Below, piece after piece: positions 59,223 to 64,000 of a stretch of DNA of 64,000 nt. The translations under genes and the position numbers were made by a program. The notes below the pieces were generated by a model. The model was not told the DNA's origin. It ran no database searches and saw nothing but the letters and a program-made list of their open reading frames with translations. Positions within the stretch are counted from its first letter, which is position 1. Every line of letters begins with the position of its first letter. The stretch is taken from positions 1,058 to 65,057 of the forward strand of contig JADYYF010000044.1 of the NCBI GenBank assembly GCA_020853795.1, written 5' to 3'. This DNA is from Candidatus Zixiibacteriota bacterium (GTDB lineage: Bacteria; Zixibacteria; MSB-5A5; CAIYYT01).

Positions 59223-59984
59223 ATGAGTCTTGATTGCAACGGAAAGTTGTCGGACCGGAGCGGTGGGTTCCCGCGCACGCGCCATTCCGCGATCGTGGCG
59301 CTCAAATCGGAGGTCAGCGATGAACGCCGCATTGCCATGGGACGCATCATCGATCTCTACTGGCTGCCGGTCTACAAGTACCTTCGCCTGCGCTGGCATA
59401 AGCAACGCCCCGAAGCCGAGGATCTCACTCAAGGGTTCTTCCTCAGCGCGCTCGAGCAGGAGTTCCTCGCCGATTTCGATGCCGGCAAGGCGCGTTTTCG
59501 AACCTTCCTGCGCGTCTGCCTCGACCGCTATGTCGGCAAAGAAAATGCAGCCGCCTCCCGCCAGAAACGCGGTGGCGACCTCCAGCGCTTGTCGCTGGAT
59601 TTTGATTTTGCCGAAGGCGAGATCACCGAGTTGCCGCAAGCTCACGCGCCGGCTCCCGATCAACTATTCGAGCGCGAGTGGATACGCAGCCTGTTTGTGC
59701 ATTGCGTCGAGCTGTTGCGGCATCAGTGTGAAGCCGCCGGCAAACTGAAGCAGTTTGCCGTCTTTGAGCGCTATGACCTTGAAGCGCTCGACAGCGAAAC
59801 ACGCATCACCTACCGCGAGTTGGCCGAGGCGTTTCAAGTCTCCGAGGAAACCGTGACGAACTACCTGTCTGCCATGCGCCGTGATTTCCGCCGGCTCGTT
59901 CTCGCCGAAATCCGCGATCTGACGGCAACCGACGAGGAATATCGTGAGGAAGTCCGCGCGATGCTGGGGGTCGACACCCCATGA
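59223..59984 (+). CDS. ECF sigma factor of the Ser/Thr-kinase-associated type
   Basis: YWLPVYKYLR, EAEDLTQGFF, RFRTFLR; region 4 helix-turn-helix; ATGA overlap with the kinase. Confidence 0.85.
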   Translation: MSLDCNGKLSDRSGGFPRTRHSAIVALKSEVSDERRIAMGRIIDLYWLPVYKYLRLRWHKQRPEAEDLTQGFFLSALEQEFLADFDAGKARFRTFLRVCLDRYVGKENAAASRQKRGGDLQRLSLDFDFAEGEITELPQAHAPAPDQLFEREWIRSLFVHCVELLRHQCEAAGKLKQFAVFERYDLEALDSETRITYRELAEAFQVSEETVTNYLSAMRRDFRRLVLAEIRDLTATDEEYREEVRAMLGVDTP

Positions 59985-61030
59985 GACACCTTTCCGATTC
60001 CGGCCTACGGCGGCTGCAGAGCGTTCTCGGCGAGCCGGATCTAAGCGGCACCAAGTACGAATTGCAGGAACGAATCGGCGCCGGCGGGATGGCTACCGTT
60101 TATCGTGGCTGCGACAAAGAACTCAACCGCGTGGTGGCGATCAAAGTTGTTTCGCTGCTCGATGCAAGCGGCGAACTGTCCCGCCGCATGCTGCATGAGG
60201 CGCGTATCGTGGCGCAACTCGAACATCCAGGGGTCGTGCCAATCCACGATGTCGGTCAGTTGCCTGACGGCCGCGCCTTTTACGCGATGAAGTATGTGGA
60301 AGGGAAGACTCTGGAATCCTCTGCGATCGCGAAGTTGAGTTTTGCCGATCGCCTGCGAATCTTCCTCAAAGTGTGTGAATCTCTCGCCTTCGCCCACTCG
60401 CGCGGCATCATTCATCGCGACCTCAAACCCGGAAATATCATGATCGGCGCCTTCGGCGAGGTGCTGGTTATGGACTGGGGGATTGCTTGGGCGGCTGATA
60501 CGGCACAGGCCGAACCGCCGGCGACACCTAATGACCCAATTGCGTCCTCGCGCCCGAACGGAACCGCGCTCGGTACCGTCATTGGTACGCCGGCTTTCAT
60601 GTCGCCGGAACAAGCACGCGGCGAGGTCCACCGCATCGACGCGCGCTCCGACATCTACTCCCTCGGTGCCGTCCTCTATTTCCTTCTGACCGGCCGCGCT
60701 CCCTTTGGCGGCCCGGACGGAATCGTGATTCGCGAACAGGTTGTTGGCGGCAGTTTCAAGCCGCCCCGCCAACTGAACCGTTCGATATCGCGCGCTCTGG
60801 AGGCAGTCTGCCTCAAGGCAATGGCACGGAATCCGGAAATGCGGTATGCGACCGTAATTCAACTGGCTGCGGATATCGCTGCCTTCCTGGATGGCAGGGA
60901 AGTCTCCGCTTACCGCGAGAACCTCTTTGAGCGCTTCTGGCGCTGGGCGAACCGGAACAAGGTGATTGTGCTGATCGTCATCGGCTATATGGTGATCAGG
61001 TCGATCATTTATTTCTTCCTCGGGTCGTAA
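59981..61030 (+). CDS. Hanks-type Ser/Thr protein kinase with C-terminal TM helix
   Basis: IGAGGMATVY, VAIK, HRDLKPGN, MDWG, GTPAFMSPEQ, DIYSLG. Confidence 0.93.
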   Translation: MRHLSDSGLRRLQSVLGEPDLSGTKYELQERIGAGGMATVYRGCDKELNRVVAIKVVSLLDASGELSRRMLHEARIVAQLEHPGVVPIHDVGQLPDGRAFYAMKYVEGKTLESSAIAKLSFADRLRIFLKVCESLAFAHSRGIIHRDLKPGNIMIGAFGEVLVMDWGIAWAADTAQAEPPATPNDPIASSRPNGTALGTVIGTPAFMSPEQARGEVHRIDARSDIYSLGAVLYFLLTGRAPFGGPDGIVIREQVVGGSFKPPRQLNRSISRALEAVCLKAMARNPEMRYATVIQLAADIAAFLDGREVSAYRENLFERFWRWANRNKVIVLIVIGYMVIRSIIYFFLGS

Positions 61031-61098
61031 AGGAATCGGCCCGCCCGGGCAATAGAAGATTAGAAGCTGTCTGATAACACGAAACCAAGGAGTTGCAG

Positions 61099-61458
61099 AT
61101 GTCCAAACCAATTCTCGGGCTGATCCTGGGCGCAGTGCTGGGCGCCATTGACGGCCTGACCGCCCTATTTTCTGCGCCAGAAACGACACCGGCCATTGCC
61201 GGTATTGTCATCGGTTCGACCCTCAAAGGAATGATTGCCGGGATCATCATCGGCTTTGTTGCGCGCAAGTTCCGGAGCCTGAAGGTCGGAATCGTTGTCG
61301 GAATTCTCGTCGGCTTCGTGCTCGCATTCATCATTGCAGCGATGCCCTCCGAGACCGGCAAGCACTACTGGCTCGAGATCCTGATCCCCGGCACTCTCGT
61401 CGGCCTGGTTCTCGGCCTGATCACCCAGCTCTACGGCCGGGTGCCCGCGACCAAGTAG
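61099..61458 (+). CDS. Small four-TM membrane protein, function unknown
   Basis: AAGGAG RBS; four hydrophobic Gly-rich helices. Confidence 0.7.
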   Translation: MSKPILGLILGAVLGAIDGLTALFSAPETTPAIAGIVIGSTLKGMIAGIIIGFVARKFRSLKVGIVVGILVGFVLAFIIAAMPSETGKHYWLEILIPGTLVGLVLGLITQLYGRVPATK

Positions 61459-61510
61459 ATAAGTTAACCTTCGCTTCTTACTGTCACAAGAAACCAAAGA
61501 GAGGAACTAG

Positions 61511-61867
61511 ATGTCTCGACCAATTGTCCACTTTGAGATCAACGTCAAAGACCGCGCCAAATCGGCCGAGTTCTACTCACAGCTTTTCGGCTGGAAAGCC
61601 AGCTCTGCACCCGGTTTCGACTATTCCCTCGTTGAGCCGGCTCACGAAAACACGATCGGCGGGGGGATTGGGCCGTATCAGCCGGGACAGGGCCCGTCGA
61701 TTACATTTTATGTTGGCGTAGACGACCTTCAGGCCAGCCTCAACAAAGCGGAAAGACTTGGCGGCAAGACGGTAATGCCGCCGACGCCCATCCCCGGTAT
61801 TGGCAGTTGCGCGATGTTCGCCGATCTCGACGGAAATGTCGTAGGGCTGTTCAAGGGCAATTCCTGA
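61511..61867 (+). CDS. VOC/glyoxalase-family protein
   Basis: IVHFEI, FYSQLFGW, VDDLQASL, FADLDGNVVGL; GAGGA RBS. Confidence 0.9.
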   Translation: MSRPIVHFEINVKDRAKSAEFYSQLFGWKASSAPGFDYSLVEPAHENTIGGGIGPYQPGQGPSITFYVGVDDLQASLNKAERLGGKTVMPPTPIPGIGSCAMFADLDGNVVGLFKGNS

Positions 61868-62071
61868 GCTATTCGCGGCATTCGAACAGGTTCTGACCCC
61901 TGGATGCAAGCCGTTGTTCCATGAAACGACTGGCTTCGCGCCGGCTCCCCTCTTTGCGGCTGTACTTTCCCTTGGCATCGCTGTTCAAAAGTCGCCAGCT
62001 TTGCACGTTGTTTGCTATATTCCTCCAATCCGCTTAATCTTGCGCCGACGAGTGAAATGGAGGACAATAAC

Positions 62072-62620
62072 ATGCGTTTACGTACCGGGCAGATCAGATG
62101 TATGTTAATGGCCGCAGCACTCGTCACCACTCTGCTGGCGGTCTCAAGCGGCTGGGTCGATGCGGCCGAGCGAATCCGCATCGGCAAGCGCTATCAGGGC
62201 GGCGTGGAGTTTACCGCCAAGCCGAATATCGTGATTGCGCAATGGCGAATGACCATCGATAGCATCACGACGGAACACTCGCTGATGTACAAAGGCATGC
62301 GCAGCGAAACCACCGCCATGCTGGAGACTCGCGTAGTCGAGCGTAACAACGTCCGGCAAACCGAGAAGCAGGTGCATCAGGATTCGGTATTGATCAAGTT
62401 TGATTGTGAAGGCGACGTGCTGCAAAAGATCGAACCGCTCACTTTTGCCATGCGCCTCGCCGACGGCAGCCTCAAGTATACCGTCCTGGCTGATTGGGAC
62501 ACCGTTTATATCGATCCGGACACCGCGTTCCTTCGCTGCCGCTTCGGTCACGAGTGGCTGCGGCGGGACCGTGATACGTGTCCGATTTGCGGTGCGCGTC
62601 TCGAACGGGGTAAATCATAA
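62072..62620 (+). CDS. Secreted hypothetical protein with C-terminal Cys/His metal-binding-like motif
   Basis: GGAGG RBS 62059-62063; signal peptide; CRFGH-x9-CPIC at the C-terminus. Confidence 0.6.
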   Translation: MRLRTGQIRCMLMAAALVTTLLAVSSGWVDAAERIRIGKRYQGGVEFTAKPNIVIAQWRMTIDSITTEHSLMYKGMRSETTAMLETRVVERNNVRQTEKQVHQDSVLIKFDCEGDVLQKIEPLTFAMRLADGSLKYTVLADWDTVYIDPDTAFLRCRFGHEWLRRDRDTCPICGARLERGKS

Positions 62621-62639
62621 TCCCCGTTCGACTTCTTTA

Positions 62640-62668
62640 TTGACTGTCTCCCGTTCCCCCAATACATT
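62640..62668 (+). promoter_or_regulatory. sigma70-type promoter TTGACT-N17-TACATT for the PAAR gene
   Basis: Direct reading, 17-nt spacer. Confidence 0.55.
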
Positions 62669-62762
62669 CTCGCTACATTCATTGACTGTTGTCGTCTGGT
62701 TTTGAACCGCTCTTCCGCTCATGCGACAGTATGTGCGGAAGGAGTCTAACAAGGAATTCACT

Positions 62763-63878
62763 ATGCCTCCAGCAGCCAGAATCGGAGATATGACCGCCCA
62801 CGGGGGCAGCATTGTGGTAGGCTTCCCGCAGGTTCTGATCGGCGGCATGCCTGCCGCCCGCCTTGGCGATATGCACGTCTGCCCGATGGTTAATCCGGGC
62901 ACCCCGCCGCCGCCGCATGTCGGTGGCCCGATCACGAAAGGCTCTTCGGGCGTAATGATCGGCGGCCAGCCGGCAGCGCGGGTCGGCGATATGTGCACCT
63001 GCTCGGGGCCACCGGACTCGATCGTTGCCGGTTGCTTCACCGTATTGATCGGCGAAGCTGGCGGTGGCGGTGGCGCCGGTTCGTCCGGATCAGGCGGATC
63101 GGGTGCCATTGCCGCTCAAGAACAAACGGCTGCAGAGACTGAGGCCGGCGAGGTTGAGAGCGGGGAAGGAACAGAATCCGAATCTGAAACTGAGGGGCAC
63201 TACATCCAGGTTACCGCCGTCGACTCTGCCGGATTTCCGATTACCGACTGCAACTACCGTCTCAAGGCGCCCAATGGTGATATCAGCGGCGGACTGCTGG
63301 CCGGCGGCTTCAAAGAATCCGTGACTGAAACCGGCAACTATGAGCTGACGCTGCGCGCGATTGTCACCGCCGTCTGGTCGAAAACAACCGCTAAGGTTGG
63401 CGAAACCGTCAAGCTTACGGCCGAGACCGCCGGACTCAAGGATGGCGCCAAAGCGCGGCTTGAAATCTGGATTTATGATCCCAATTACTCCACCGAACGT
63501 CTGAAGATCATCGAAAGCAAGATCTCCGGCAACAAGGTGGAATCCGAGTGGCTGGTGGAAGTCGACGATGACATGCTGGCCGTGGCGCGCGAGAAAGAGA
63601 TCATGGGCCGCTTCTCGATGCCGCAGTTCTACTTTGTCGTGACCGTCGGCAACTTCAGCAAGCGTTCCGGCATGTTGACGATTATCGATGACCTCGAATT
63701 CGAACTCAAGGATGAGTTCGGCAATCCGATCCCGGATAAGGAATACAGTCTCTATCTCCCGAACGGCGCAATCCGCACCGGTAACCTCGATGGCTCCGGC
63801 AAAGGGAAGGAAACCGATCTGCCGGCCGGGAGTATACGCGTCTCGTTCGATATCAAGGACGAAGAGTGGACCCAATAG
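62763..63878 (+). CDS. PAAR spike-tip protein with C-terminal extension containing transthyretin-like domains
   Basis: PAARIGD, PAARLGDMHVC, PAARVGD; acidic/Gly linker; LKDEFGNPIPDKEYSLYLPNG...GNLDGSG; AAGGAA RBS before ATG 62763. Confidence 0.88.
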   Translation: MPPAARIGDMTAHGGSIVVGFPQVLIGGMPAARLGDMHVCPMVNPGTPPPPHVGGPITKGSSGVMIGGQPAARVGDMCTCSGPPDSIVAGCFTVLIGEAGGGGGAGSSGSGGSGAIAAQEQTAAETEAGEVESGEGTESESETEGHYIQVTAVDSAGFPITDCNYRLKAPNGDISGGLLAGGFKESVTETGNYELTLRAIVTAVWSKTTAKVGETVKLTAETAGLKDGAKARLEIWIYDPNYSTERLKIIESKISGNKVESEWLVEVDDDMLAVAREKEIMGRFSMPQFYFVVTVGNFSKRSGMLTIIDDLEFELKDEFGNPIPDKEYSLYLPNGAIRTGNLDGSGKGKETDLPAGSIRVSFDIKDEEWTQ

Positions 63879-63920
63879 CACGGATGGCGAACGAAGCTCA
63901 TGGGATTTAGTGTCTTTGGC

Positions 63921-64000
63921 TCATTCCGCGATTTCCTGTTGCGCCTTGGCGCGCGCACCGGCACTCCGACGACCTTCGTCCATCACCGCCTCCAGGTCGA
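63921..64000 (-). CDS. 3' end of an unidentified gene entering from beyond the window
   Basis: Open frame ...DLEAVMDEGRRSAGARAKAQQEIAE-stop (TGA at 63921-63923). Confidence 0.4.
   Translation of the reverse strand, partial: DLEAVMDEGRRSAGARAKAQQEIAE

Noticed and set aside
59165-61066. CTTCTAATC (59165-59173) and GATTAGAAG (61058-61066) as terminal inverted repeats around the ECF-kinase pair
   Set aside because: Only 9 bp are exact, with no transposase or target duplication; could be chance in AT-rich spacers

Overview
GC-rich (about 60% by eye) bacterial chromosomal window, probably from an FCB-group lineage such as candidate Zixibacteria. That assignment is an inference from the FlgD/T9SS-like C-terminal domain, dockerin-like repeats and overall gene content. 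Most of the window is housekeeping and envelope genes: hisS, pdxS/pdxT, glgP, pcm, flotillin/NfeD, dprA, yigZ, gmd/rmd/UDP-sugar dehydrogenase, and a Wzz/Wzy/heparinase capsule block. The standout is just downstream of an initiator tRNA-Met (42489-42562). It is a compact RiPP gene cluster whose 37-aa precursor (43044-43157, MIYLIDPQNPGIEVCIFKFLCPKDRVVPCYGIDPVEI) is missing from the ORF track. The precursor is followed by a 12-bp hairpin, an RRE-bearing radical SAM/SPASM enzyme, a second radical SAM/SPASM enzyme resembling PlpX-type Tyr-excising spliceases (the precursor has a C-Y-G motif), an ABC exporter without a peptidase domain, and a cysteine-synthase-fold enzyme with a non-canonical substrate loop. 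The inferred product is a thioether-crosslinked peptide carrying an alpha-keto-beta-amino-acid unit. Other notable items: a selenocysteine-lyase-like NifS fused to SelD; a cupredoxin/histidine kinase/beta-barrel operon; a divergent sigma-like plus zinc anti-sigma-like pair; an ECF sigma/Ser-Thr kinase pair; an orphan PAAR with transthyretin-like domains; a stand-alone NTT nucleotide translocase; a metal-site-degenerate Memo protein; and several apparently leaderless genes. No CRISPR array, integrase or transposase was recognised. All family assignments come from motif recognition by eye, with no database searches.
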